The translations under genes and the position numbers were made by a program. A DNA stretch of 64,000 bases, taken from NCBI GenBank assembly GCA_000004985.1, contig GG738890.1, one strand, 5' to 3'. Origin of the DNA: Naegleria gruberi. Taxonomy: Eukaryota. Numbering within the stretch: the stretch's first letter is position 1; every line of letters begins with the position of its first letter. The notes under the pieces were generated by a model. That model was not told the DNA's origin, searched no databases, and saw only the letters and a list, made by a program, of their open reading frames with translations. This document shows positions 10,268 through 21,268 of this stretch, piece by piece.

Positions 10268-12142
10268 CTATCTTTCACAATAATCGGGGTCTATCACTTC
10301 CTCCAGGAGTTGTTGATTTGAATATTTGATATGGTAGAGTCTGCATTGATTATATTCTCGTTGTTGTAGAGCTTTCTTTGAAATGACATAGTTTAGCATG
10401 CTTTTACCATCAAGATGAACCAAGAGTAGAATGTCATTCTCTTTTGAACATCCTTTTTCTAATAGGGGTTTTGTAATTGGGCACCCAATGAAAGCATTAT
10501 CACTACTTATATTGTCAGAAAGAATGGTAAATAGATTTTTCTCATCAGGTAAATATTCAACAATATGGTTGATTCTATTTGGGAAATCAAAAGAAAAACA
10601 ACAAGTTTCAATCATCTTTGGAGTTATTTCAAATTTCGACGTCGGCATTTCTTCATAGTACTCAACCAAACATTCAGTGTAATCATAATTTGAGTAAAAA
10701 GCAATTCCACCTGTTGATGGGAACAAATAGGAGGTCAATAACCCTGAAAGTGTTCTACAGTCAATGAAACATGATAGTGTATAGCCCTCCTTTTCGTCTA
10801 ATTTGAAAATTCTGTGAAAAATTCGGTAGGAAAATGTTGAAAAGGTGTTGTAAATCAAGCAGAAGTGAAAAGTCTCTTTCATGATAGGTTTGGCAAGATC
10901 TGCAACTTCTTTAAACTCAAGCGAGTACGGCTTATTTAGAATAAAATTAGCTATTTTCAAATAGTGATAGAATCTAATCTTGAAAATATCAAACCAATTA
11001 GTTTCCTTTCGAACTATCTTGTGTCCGTATGCAGAGAAGAAATATGAATCGTTAGCTAGAATTTCATTAGCTATCATCGAATATTGATGAAACAGTGGGT
11101 TATTTTTGAGTGTGTAATAAGTCAGATATTTCCAAATTGAAGGATTTTTGACTATCAAGTAGTTCCAATATTTACAAACGAGCCTCATTCTTAGAATTGT
11201 CTCTAAAGTGTCAAAATGCTTCACCAACTCTTCATGAAGTTCAAAAGGAATGCTTCTCATTAAAAACCATTCGGGATCCAATTTTCTTTTCTTTGTACTT
11301 GACTCCAATTGCTCTTCTTCCTGTTGGGATGGTTCATTACTTTCCACAGATTGCAAATTAATTGATGGCATTAAGCCATCAATAGAAAATTCAGACAAAT
11401 CAGATAAATCCAAGCAAAGTGGAGAAAAATAGCCAATGCAGCGAAAGTGAAACGTTCCCACAAGTTCAGGATCGGTATGAATCGCAGCCGTCATACATTC
11501 CAACGTACATATACTATTGTTAACTGCATTCAATGTAAGTTCTATAATTTCAGCATTTAAATATTCAAAAATTCGATAAATATGTCTTGATAAAGTAAGC
11601 ATGTTCATTGAATTGTCGGTAATTTGAAAAAACGTTTCCAAGTAATCATGTAATTTGCCAATTTTCTCACTTAGATATATCCTTTCTCTCAATACTGCAT
11701 TCTTGGCATAAACTGACAACTCTCCTAATAAAAACCTGTCAACAGTCTCAAATAATGCATCCATCAAATTAGAATTCTTAGTTTTCAAATCTCTAGCCAA
11801 TAGTGATTCATTCTCCTTAGCACCTTCCACCATTCTCACATATCTATTCTCCATTTCCATCATTCTCTTTACTCCATAATCATACATTATTTCACCATAT
11901 TTTTCTTCATCCTTCAATACTAGGAATGGTTTTAAATTTAACAAGACAAGTATCATAGCCTGATGAGTATACAATGAAAGACGATCCATTATGATCGGAT
12001 CAAAATACAAAACACCACCACGATTGGACGATACTTGTTCAATGATGGTTTCAATACTTATGAAGGATCGGGTGAGATCGACAGATAGAAATTCACTAGG
12101 GAATGAACTAGTGGGAAGGAGTGATCTTTCTCGTTCTTTCAT
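10268..12142 (-). CDS. Hypothetical protein with an internal F-box-like motif
   Basis: IPFELHEELVKHFDTLETILRMRLVCKYWNYL lies mid-protein. The track start is TTG, so the start was moved to the aaaaaaaaATG at 12142. Confidence 0.5.
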   Translation of the reverse strand: MKERERSLLPTSSFPSEFLSVDLTRSFISIETIIEQVSSNRGGVLYFDPIIMDRLSLYTHQAMILVLLNLKPFLVLKDEEKYGEIMYDYGVKRMMEMENRYVRMVEGAKENESLLARDLKTKNSNLMDALFETVDRFLLGELSVYAKNAVLRERIYLSEKIGKLHDYLETFFQITDNSMNMLTLSRHIYRIFEYLNAEIIELTLNAVNNSICTLECMTAAIHTDPELVGTFHFRCIGYFSPLCLDLSDLSEFSIDGLMPSINLQSVESNEPSQQEEEQLESSTKKRKLDPEWFLMRSIPFELHEELVKHFDTLETILRMRLVCKYWNYLIVKNPSIWKYLTYYTLKNNPLFHQYSMIANEILANDSYFFSAYGHKIVRKETNWFDIFKIRFYHYLKIANFILNKPYSLEFKEVADLAKPIMKETFHFCLIYNTFSTFSYRIFHRIFKLDEKEGYTLSCFIDCRTLSGLLTSYLFPSTGGIAFYSNYDYTECLVEYYEEMPTSKFEITPKMIETCCFSFDFPNRINHIVEYLPDEKNLFTILSDNISSDNAFIGCPITKPLLEKGCSKENDILLLVHLDGKSMLNYVISKKALQQREYNQCRLYHIKYSNQQLLEEVIDPDYCER

Positions 12143-12241
12143 TTTTTTCCTATTTATTGTGTAAATCAATTCCGAAATTATTTAAATATATTAATATTCT
12201 AATATTTATTATTTACAATAAAACAAATTATTCAAAACAAA

Positions 12242-12937
12242 TTATTGTCTGAATATCACAGATTCTTCGGTGAATCTATCAATGACAGCCAAACTTTCCA
12301 ATTTCACACCTTGTTCTCTCAATTTCTTTCCTCCCTCTTGGAAACCCTTCTCAATTGAAATACCAACACCAACAATGGAAGCTCCTGCCTGATGAATGAT
12401 ATCAATTAGTCCTTGTGTGGCCTGTCCACAAGCAAGGAAATCATCAATAATCAAAACCTTATCATTTGATTGTAAATATTTGGCAGAGACACAAACATCG
12501 TATTCAACATTCTTTGTAAAGGAATGCACTTTGGTGGCATAGATTTGTTCTGTGAGGGTTGATGGTTTGACTTTTCTTGCATAAACGAGAGGAACGTTGA
12601 GGTAGAGAGCTGCCATTAATGCAATTGGAATTCCAGAAGTTTCCAATGTCAAAACTTTAGTGACACCATCAAGAATGAAACGAGAGGCAATGTCCATTCC
12701 CATTAATCTTGACAATTCTGGATCAATTTGATGATTGAGGAATGAATCGACCTTCAAAATATTTGTTCCTTTAATTACACGACCATGTTGAAGAATCATT
12801 TGTTTGAGAGTTGATTCACCACATCCTTTTGACTTGATGAGTGAGTCTACTAAATTCATTGAATTATCAGTAGTAGTAGTTGATGCAGTATGGAAGTGAT
12901 TAGCACAATGATTAGTATTAGAGAAGGAGAGCATCAT
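12242..12937 (-). CDS. xpt: Xanthine phosphoribosyltransferase, bacterial Xpt type, with an N-terminal extension of about 27 aa
   Basis: LKVDSFLNHQIDP, VLIIDDFLACGQA and AGASIVGVGI(S)IEK are near-identical to Bacillus-type Xpt over the whole length. Confidence 0.8.
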   Translation of the reverse strand: MMLSFSNTNHCANHFHTASTTTTDNSMNLVDSLIKSKGCGESTLKQMILQHGRVIKGTNILKVDSFLNHQIDPELSRLMGMDIASRFILDGVTKVLTLETSGIPIALMAALYLNVPLVYARKVKPSTLTEQIYATKVHSFTKNVEYDVCVSAKYLQSNDKVLIIDDFLACGQATQGLIDIIHQAGASIVGVGISIEKGFQEGGKKLREQGVKLESLAVIDRFTEESVIFRQ

Positions 12938-13296
12938 TTTGTCAGTTTGTCAAAGCGTAGTTAAGAGAGGAAATTAATAAGTGTGTGTGGTTTTGGTGGG
13001 GAGTTCGTAGTTGGGCTATTTTTTAATGAGCCCCTTTGAAATCATTCTACAACCATGCCTCTATTTATCTTGTTTTCGTTCCTTCAATTTATTGGTGCAC
13101 AACTTCAGGCCAAGTCAAATGATTGGTTGGTACCTCATATTGGTCGCTCGCGTATTTTTGTAAACTTCACAAGAGAGTACCCACCAAGGACCAAGGGATA
13201 ATATCTCTCCTGTCAGATTGGGATTTTTCCATAACAATAAACCAAAGTGAGTAAGCTTCTGTATACAACAAGAATTACAATTTAGTAAAATTACTT

Positions 13297-15998
13297 TTAT
13301 TGCTCTGAAACTGTGGTATTTCTTCGAGATCTTCTTTTCATTTGAATGTATTTCTCAATTTTCATTTGTTTTTGGAAAGCTAATGTTTTCTTGAATCTTC
13401 TGTGTGTATCAACGAGTAGCTCTGCAATTTCTCTTTCAAGTGTATCAAACAAAGTATCTGGTAAAAAGTCAACCTCACCAGTTAAAAATCCATCAACCAT
13501 TTCCTTAATTTCCTGAACATTGGCCTTGTTAGTATTAATAGTATGGTAACCATGCATATCTAAAAATTTTTTGTAAATTTCAAAGGCCTTTTCATATTTT
13601 TTCTGCTCCACAGTGTCAATATCCTTATCACTCAACCATCCAAATTTTTTGAGTACCTTAGCTCCTTGTAAAAATGTACCAGCCTTTTCTGTCACTTGTT
13701 TGAATTGCTTTTGTTTCTTGGATTTTGTAATAGAACTTGTTGTTGTGGAGGCAATACTACTAGAGGCTGATCCTATTTCTAAATCAGCTCCATACATTGC
13801 ATCTTGAGCTTCAATAGCTTTAATACATAAATCCTTATATATGGAAACTTCTTGTAAGAATAAGAAATTTTCCAAAGCCATTTCCTTTTCACAGTGAGCT
13901 CTGAATAAATCTCTCAATCGATCATCTGCCATAGTATCCAATAATACGATAGCATTTGCCTTCTTCCACCTTTTTCTATGGAGAGCATCCTTGTTAAGAG
14001 ACAATGTAAATGAAAGTATTAGGGCTGGAATTACAATTATCAAAGAGAGCACTCCTAATATTAGGTTCATACTCGTTGACACATAACTAATTTTATCATG
14101 TGTTGAAAACAAAGATAGAGAATATTCTCTAAGAATGCTGATAGAATCTGATACGTTTCTACTTCCTCCACAGTCCTCAAAGTCTTGTATTTGGTCAATC
14201 TTTTTAAAATTATTAAATAGTGTTGAGGGAAATAAAAACTTACAGCCGAGTCTGTTTGGTCATAATACATTTTGTTAACAATTTCTGTAAACGTCCACAA
14301 AATCTGTTTTGTAGGTGTTTCTATCAAGGATTTATAATCAGCTAAAGAGTACTGAGTAAACAAGTATGGTTTGTTTTCGTACTCATACTGCAAAGAATCA
14401 GATAAATTCCATAGAAAATTCCACGCCTGAGTCCTTAATGACATGTATGACTGATACCTTTTTGTTGAAAATCCTAAATATACTATTTGATGAGTTAAAA
14501 TATGCATATCACTAAGAACTGCTTTCAAGTCTGATGCTTGAGCATTAAGTCTTGCTTCTGTTTCCGATGTCCTATATATAAAGCTTAAAGTAACACAAAT
14601 TAATAATGAAACGAGAAGAATGATAGTTGCACTCAATCCAATTATGGAAAATAATTTCCAACAAGAGAGCTCAATCGTACCCCAAGGTGTATGTAGCTGT
14701 TTGGGTTTTTTGATATTGGTATCGTTTTCTTTTTCCATATCAAAGAGAATAGACCTGCTCACTGCCTTCAATTTTGATGTGTATTGTGGATTTTGTAGTG
14801 GTTGATTTGGAAAAGGATTTACAGTAAGATAATTGTTTGGTTTCAAGGTTGGAATAGGTTGAGGATTTGTTAAAGAGGAATGATTTGCAATGGTATCCCT
14901 CTCTGCCCTATTCATTTCAACAAAAGTTTCATCAAGATTATTCAGTATTGTTGGAGTAGAGTCGTGTGTCTCTAGTTTGGGTATTTCTCTTGGTGAGCTT
15001 TTAGGTGACTGATTGAGTCTTGAGGGATTAAGATTTGGAAGAGATTTCATCTTTTCAACTCTAGGAGACTCCTTAGGTTTTTTAGAAAGGCTTTGTGTTG
15101 TTACATCAGGTTGTTGTATTGGAATGGCAATGTCTACCGATTGCACAGTATTAGTTACTTGATTGATATTTGATTGGTTATTGTCATTAGAAAGTGAAGA
15201 GAGAGGTAATTGTGGAATTGCAGCATGATTGTTTACAATGGTTGAAGTTTGTTGTTTTGGAGGAATTACAAGTGTTGGCAAATTAATTGACAATTTGAAA
15301 GATGGAATATTACTTGGGGTGTGTTTTTGATGTTGTTGAGAAATTTCCTTAGACCGTTCTGATGTCTCCATTCCTGTTTGTATCAATGTTGTGGATGCTG
15401 ATGGTATTTCAAGTTGTAAATCCTTATTTGTTACAATCTCATTAGTTTCAATTACTTTAACTCTTCCCACATTATTACTTGGAGTTGGATCGAGTTGAAT
15501 GATAATTGGAGTGGCTGGCATCTTTCTTGATGAAAGAGAAGCAATTAAAGACCTAGTTGAAGTAGCAGCTGCCATTACCAATGACCCAATAATTGATGGT
15601 CTTCTGTTCGATGTTTCTGGTTTAATAGTATCTGTTTGATTCGAAGCTGTTGTATCGGTATCAATATTAATTTGAATAAGACTAACATTATCACTTTCTT
15701 TTGGTGCTTCAATGACAATTTCTGGTATTTCAAATTCAATGTTTGTTTTCTTAGTCTTGGCTTTAGGTCCTTCCTTCTTTTTAATAGGAGAAGCAACTCC
15801 CAACAGTAAAGAATTATTAGTAGTAGAAGATATTGCCGAGGGTGATAGTGGTTTTTTGAAACCACTTGTTCTGCTTGTATTCGATGAAGATGAATTCCTT
15901 GGAGAGGAAAATAAGTTACCACTGGGCGAAGCAGGAGGACTTCCCATTGTAGAGGGTTTCCTTTTGCTAGAAGTGTTGATGTTGTTTGGTTCCGGCAT
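13297..15998 (-). CDS. Two-TM RGS-domain protein (S/T/N/Q-rich N-terminus, TM1, ~160-aa ectodomain, TM2, RGS), 2 exons with an intron at roughly 14176..14243
   Basis: ORFs 14067..15998 and 13297..14112 overlap in different frames, and the second begins at TTG. Both frames are open across about 180 nt. A GTAAGT at 14243..14238 paired with an AG at 14176 (68 nt) or 14200 (44 nt) restores the frame. The resulting architecture matches the paralogs at 24163 and 25895. RGS motifs: LRDLFRAHCEKEMALENFLFLQEV...YKKFL. Confidence 0.55.
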
Positions 15999-16562
15999 TG
16001 GAATAATAATATATTCAAGAATAAGAATTAATAAGAATTATTTTCTTGTTATTATTATTATAATTAATAGTATAATTGGTTGATGATGGATGGAAAAAGA
16101 GTCAATAAGAACAATAGACGTTTTTGTTTCTAATATTCATCAAACCGTTATCCTTAAAACCTTCAGTACATTATGACTTCATAGAACATCATTGCTTGTC
16201 AGAGATAAATGGCTTCGGCCTTCAATCATTATGTTTTAGACGGAACCCACTAGAAAAAGTTAATTGATTAGGATGGCATGGTGTAATTAAATTTTTTAAT
16301 ATTAAAAATAAAAATATTATTTTATTTTTGATTTGTTGTGTAACCGTTACATTATTTGGATCAGCCAACAAATTATCTTTAAATTAAGGATGTTAAAATT
16401 CTTGAGATAACCAATAACTTCCCAAAATCAAAAAATAAGTCCTCAACAAAATTTGATTTACCTCAATAACCTTAAAAAATGGCTCGAAAACACAAGAAGA
16501 AACAACAATCCAATAAGAGAAAAAACAACGTAAGCCTCCAAATGAAACTGTTCTGAAAGTAG

Positions 16563-17234
16563 CACCAAGACCCTATCGACACTTTCAACCAAGTAATATT
16601 TCCAATAATTAAAAACAAACCAATTTCATTATTTTCAGATTACTTAGCAGAGAGAAAGGCATCCGAATCCAAAGTGATTGTCATACTGGATCAAACAAAA
16701 TCCGATGTAAGAATACAGAAAATCTTTACACATCTTTCAAGAGAGAAGGTAGCCAATACAAATTACAAACACTTTCTTTTGAATTTACTAATGCAGGATT
16801 CTTATGGTTGGAATATCGAATGGGAACTAGTTCCAAGAGAGTATCTAGCAGACAAATACTTTATCAAAAAGGTTGTTTCGTTTGGTGCATCGAGTATTAA
16901 ACAAATATTCTGCAAAATACTTAACCATATTCCAAGTAAATTTTGGGAAGATCAGAAATTCATCATTCAATTGTTGACAATTAGTGAAGGACATTGCTTT
17001 TGTTACTTTCCAAAACATGTGCAGAATACTCATAAATTTGCTGAAATGGCAATTCGTTTTCGAACAGCAAATATGGAAGAAACACCTTGTAAAAATAATG
17101 AAGAATTTGTTAGAGAGATGGTAAAACAAAATATCAAAACACTCCCTTACATTGGTAAGAAGTTATTGTTTGATCAGCAGTTTATGGTTTCTCTCATGTT
17201 GGAATTGAATATTAAGAATCCAGATTTTTTTTAA
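16563..17234 (+). CDS. Hypothetical protein; 5' end unresolved
   Basis: The frame is open from 16563 and the track start is GTG. A possible upstream exon (ATG 16481, MARKHKKKQQSNKRKNN, followed by GTAAGC) is phase-incompatible with the ttttcag acceptor at 16638. Confidence 0.35.
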   Translation, partial: HQDPIDTFNQVIFPIIKNKPISLFSDYLAERKASESKVIVILDQTKSDVRIQKIFTHLSREKVANTNYKHFLLNLLMQDSYGWNIEWELVPREYLADKYFIKKVVSFGASSIKQIFCKILNHIPSKFWEDQKFIIQLLTISEGHCFCYFPKHVQNTHKFAEMAIRFRTANMEETPCKNNEEFVREMVKQNIKTLPYIGKKLLFDQQFMVSLMLELNIKNPDFF

Positions 17235-17572
17235 TAGGAATTCGTAATGTTCTGAGCTATTAAGTGCACAATCTTAATAAACACTGTGCTTCCACTATGT
17301 GAAACTGTCGTTTGGGTGAAACACTTGACAAGCACAAGTTCACTGACGGCGATTTTTTTGTACCAAATTGTTCTTCTATCATACTTCTATCCAATCTTTA
17401 AATTTTTCTTTATTATAAACTATACGAAACTTTACAACATGAAAAACCACCAACACCAATATTGCAATTAAATTCATGAACCTCACCTATTGTCTCTCTT
17501 CAGCTCAGTTTTTTTCAACACCCATTTTTGTCTCTTCAGCCGTCACTGAATTTTCTCTATCATCAAAAAATG

Positions 17573-20500
17573 TCAACAATCAAACTAAAGGCCAGAAGCT
17601 CTGTCATTAGAGGTGGAGGACGGAAAGCCTCTGTGATTAGTAAGAATGATGATCTCGATCCATCAGAAATTAAATCTACAGCCCTCTCCAAAGCCAATGA
17701 CGATGATGGTTATGATGATGATGGATATGAAGACCAAGCTTCTTCCAATACAACAACGACAACTACAACATCAGCAGCAGTAGTAGAACAGCCTTCATCT
17801 TCTTCATCTACAACAACAACAACAACAGCTGAAGAGTATGGTGATGATGATGGTTATGAAGACCAAGAATCAAAACCAACTTTATCTGAATCAACAACAA
17901 CAACAACAACAAGCTCATCATCATCTATTGGTGCTGCTACTTCTACAACTGAAGAAGGTGGTGCTGAAAAGGAAGGGAAAAAGAAAAAGAAAGACAAAGG
18001 AGAGAAGGAGGAAAGTGGTGTTTCTGGTGGTGACTCTGAAGAGGAAATCAACAAATTGAAGAGACACTACAAAAAGAAGAGGAAAGAATGTGAGGAATTA
18101 AAAGCCAGAGTTGATGAATTAGAAAAGACTATTGAACAATTGAATAGTACACCTTCTTCTTCTGTTGTTGTTGCACAAGAACCAAGTGTTGTGGAGAAGA
18201 TTGTCGAGAAGGAGGTTGAAAAGATTGTTGAGAGGATTGTGGAGGTTGAGAAGATTGTCGAGAAGGAGGTAATTGTTGAAAAGATGGTAGAGAATACTGA
18301 AAAGGTTGATGCATTGACAAAACAAGTTGAAGAGATCAAACAGGCAGAAGAGAAGGAAAAGTTACTGAGAGAGGAAAAGGAACGTTTGTTGAGCGATTTG
18401 AATCAACAACTCGAAACTGCAAAATCAAGTTTATCACAATTAGAAGAACAGATCAAGAGTGTTCAATCTGAAAAATCACAAATCGAACAAGTGAAAGCAG
18501 AAATTGAGAAGAATCTCACTGAGGAGAAGAATAGATTGAGTGAGGAAAAGGACTCACAAGTGAAATCTCTGAACGAGAAATTAGATTCTGCAAAACAAGC
18601 TCTCGAGGAAAAGAATGCAGAATTACAAAAGGAAAAAGAGTCTCAATCACTTCAGGCAGGTGCTTTAGAACAAGGTTTGAGAAGTGAAATTGAAAAACTC
18701 AAATCAGATATCGAAAATTCTAACAAGACTGCTCAAGAAACTGAAACTAAATTGAAAAGTGAGATTGATCAACTCAAGAATCAAGTCGAGACAGAGAGGA
18801 AAAATACATCAGACGTCACTTCAAATAAGGAACAAGCTGAAAGGGATCTGAGTGAAAAGATTAGCCACCTCGAAAAACAATTGAGTAACACAAATGAAAC
18901 TCTTGAAACATCCCTCAAAAAAGAGAGAGAATTCCTGCAAGAAGTTTCAGCAAACTTGGAGAAGGAGAAAGCATCGTCACAATCCAAGATTAAAGAATTG
19001 GAAGAATCTGTCTCCAAGTTGCAATCAACACTCGATGAATCTAACAATACTGTTGTACAAAAGAAATCAGAAATTTTAACACTCGAAAGTGAGAAACAAT
19101 TGGCTGTGCAACAAAACGAAAATCTCAAGAAGCAAATTGAAGAAAAGGAAAGAGAAATTTCCGAAATTATCAATAACAAAACTGGTGAATCTAATGATGA
19201 GCTGAAGAAACAATACGAAAAAATCAATGAACTTCAAAGGAAGGTTCATGATTTGGAAGAGTCATTGATGAAGGTACAAAAGGAAAGAGATCTAGTGAAT
19301 CAACAGAAGAATTCAGTAGAAGAACAATTAACCTCATCCAAGGATGAATTGCAAACTTTGAAGAAACAAATTGCTGAAGAGGGTAAAAATCTAGAACAAG
19401 CAAAATCGCAATCATCTCAACAAGAGGGTAAACTCAAGGAATTAACCAAAAATTTGGAAGAATCTCAATCCGAAATTAAAAAACTCAAGGAAGAAATCAA
19501 AAAACTCGAAGAAAACTCAAAATCTTCCTCACAACAAGGTGAAGGTAAACTCAAAGACCTTTCAAAGAACTTGGATGATGCACAAAAGGAAATTAAGAAA
19601 TTGAAGGACGAACTTACCAAATCCGAAGAAACATCTAAATCCCAACTTCAAAAGGAAGAAACCAAATCCAAAGAACTCAATTCTAACCTTCAAACTGCTC
19701 AAAAGGAAATTGAAACTTTGAAGCAAAATATCAAAAAACTCGAAGAGCAATCTAAATCATCGGGCTCCCAACAAGAATCTAAACTAAAGGATGTTACAAA
19801 ACAACTCGAAGAATCACAAACAGCCATTGAAAAGTTGAAGCAAGACATCAAGAAACTTGAAGAAAATAACAAGTCTGTCAACACATCATCCAGTCAAAAG
19901 GTTACAGATCTCGAAAAGGAAGTATCATCACTGAAGGATGAACGTGACAATCTGAAGAAGAAGGTTTCTGAACTTGAACAAAAGGACAAGGAAATCGCCT
20001 CTTTGAATGAAAAAGTTAAGAGCGTCGAGAAGAAATACAACAATGAAGTTGAACAAAAGAGAAATCTCAATAATCAAATCAAAACTCTCAAGACTGAGAA
20101 TGAAACATCATCTGAGCAAGTTTCCAAACTCAACAGAGAACTCATGGACAAGGATCAAACCATTTCACAACTCCAACAACAAGTTGCCTCTGCAAATTCT
20201 CTCCAAAATGAAATCAAACAACTCAGAGATGAAAAGAAGCAACTCAGATCCGAACTCAAGACCAAAACTGAGGAAGCCAAGAGTTTATCAAAGAGATTAC
20301 ACCAAACAATCACCAATATGCAAAATGGTGGTACTGTTGTTGATATACCAAAGGAACCAAAAGCCAAGACATCTGTCCTGTTAAATTCCAACCTTAACGA
20401 TAAGCAAAGAATGTTCCTCGATCCAATTGGAAGTGTGAAGAGATCAGTATTGGCAATTATTGAATATTTTGATGAAAATGTTGAATCAGTTCAAGGAGAT

Positions 20501-21163
20501 TTGGAGAAGATTGGAGATTCTTCCAATTCAAAGGATCTTAGAAGAATCTTGAATGAAAGATTGTGTGAATCTATCGTTCTAGTCTTCTCACACTCCTTCT
20601 CCCCACCATTTTGGTTCTTCTCTACCCCTACTGTGTGGCATTTTGTTGAGGAAATTAATGAACAACTCTCCAAAACACCTGGACTCTCCACTTCAATCAT
20701 CATGGCTACAAAGCAACTTTCCACCATTGTTGTCAGAGTAAATTCAACAGTGAAAAATCTAATTGATAATGAAGTTAAGGAAAAGGGAGCTCCTCCAAAG
20801 GGCAAACACCATTTTGATCTTCCTTTTGATGAATTTGAATTTAGATTCCGTGCCTTGATTTTAGAATGCCTCAATTCAAAATGTTTAGATGTAATAATAA
20901 GTCTCCTCTTCACTCAGCCAAAGATTCTCGAAAGATACTACAAAGAAGAGGCCTTTATAAGAAAAGCAGATTGTCAACAAAAAATTGTAACATGTATCAA
21001 ATGGCTCAGCAAACTTCCATTCACAATTCCTCTCAACACACCAGCAATTACTGACATTGAGGATGAAGATGATGACGACTTGGATATGCCACTCACTAAT
21101 GGAAATTCTGACCACACCAATTCTGACGAACCAGCAACTGTTTCAAATGTTGAAGAATATTAA
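17573..21163 (+). CDS. Giant coiled-coil protein (~1196 aa) with an acidic, Thr-rich N-terminus and a globular C-terminal domain
   Basis: Heptad-rich E/K/Q/L sequence throughout. About 33-aa tandem repeats (KLKELTKNLEESQSEIKKLKEEIKKLEENSKSS) between 19380 and 19900. The track start is TTG, so the start was moved to aaaaaATG at 17573. Confidence 0.7.
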   Translation, partial: STIKLKARSSVIRGGGRKASVISKNDDLDPSEIKSTALSKANDDDGYDDDGYEDQASSNTTTTTTTSAAVVEQPSSSSSTTTTTTAEEYGDDDGYEDQESKPTLSESTTTTTTSSSSSIGAATSTTEEGGAEKEGKKKKKDKGEKEESGVSGGDSEEEINKLKRHYKKKRKECEELKARVDELEKTIEQLNSTPSSSVVVAQEPSVVEKIVEKEVEKIVERIVEVEKIVEKEVIVEKMVENTEKVDALTKQVEEIKQAEEKEKLLREEKERLLSDLNQQLETAKSSLSQLEEQIKSVQSEKSQIEQVKAEIEKNLTEEKNRLSEEKDSQVKSLNEKLDSAKQALEEKNAELQKEKESQSLQAGALEQGLRSEIEKLKSDIENSNKTAQETETKLKSEIDQLKNQVETERKNTSDVTSNKEQAERDLSEKISHLEKQLSNTNETLETSLKKEREFLQEVSANLEKEKASSQSKIKELEESVSKLQSTLDESNNTVVQKKSEILTLESEKQLAVQQNENLKKQIEEKEREISEIINNKTGESNDELKKQYEKINELQRKVHDLEESLMKVQKERDLVNQQKNSVEEQLTSSKDELQTLKKQIAEEGKNLEQAKSQSSQQEGKLKELTKNLEESQSEIKKLKEEIKKLEENSKSSSQQGEGKLKDLSKNLDDAQKEIKKLKDELTKSEETSKSQLQKEETKSKELNSNLQTAQKEIETLKQNIKKLEEQSKSSGSQQESKLKDVTKQLEESQTAIEKLKQDIKKLEENNKSVNTSSSQKVTDLEKEVSSLKDERDNLKKKVSELEQKDKEIASLNEKVKSVEKKYNNEVEQKRNLNNQIKTLKTENETSSEQVSKLNRELMDKDQTISQLQQQVASANSLQNEIKQLRDEKKQLRSELKTKTEEAKSLSKRLHQTITNMQNGGTVVDIPKEPKAKTSVLLNSNLNDKQRMFLDPIGSVKRSVLAIIEYFDENVESVQGDLEKIGDSSNSKDLRRILNERLCESIVLVFSHSFSPPFWFFSTPTVWHFVEEINEQLSKTPGLSTSIIMATKQLSTIVVRVNSTVKNLIDNEVKEKGAPPKGKHHFDLPFDEFEFRFRALILECLNSKCLDVIISLLFTQPKILERYYKEEAFIRKADCQQKIVTCIKWLSKLPFTIPLNTPAITDIEDEDDDDLDMPLTNGNSDHTNSDEPATVSNVEEY

Positions 21164-21268
21164 ATAATAACAACTAATACAAACTGAAAATAAAATTCGT
21201 ATCTCACTAATTTATTTGTGTACAGGCAATTTGTTAATTGGGCAAAATTGTTGTTCTCTTAAAATCGA

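Noticed and set aside
13274-13283. TTTAGTAAAA resembling the reverse complement of the U5 snRNA loop
   Set aside because: The flanks do not match U5, and it lies in the 3' end region of the RGS gene.
16481-16531. Upstream mini-exon MARKHKKKQQSNKRKNN followed by GTAAGC, as a first exon for the 16563 gene
   Set aside because: The phase-0 donor is incompatible with the only good acceptor (ttttcag at 16638), which would read ATT ACT TAG. Left unresolved rather than forced.
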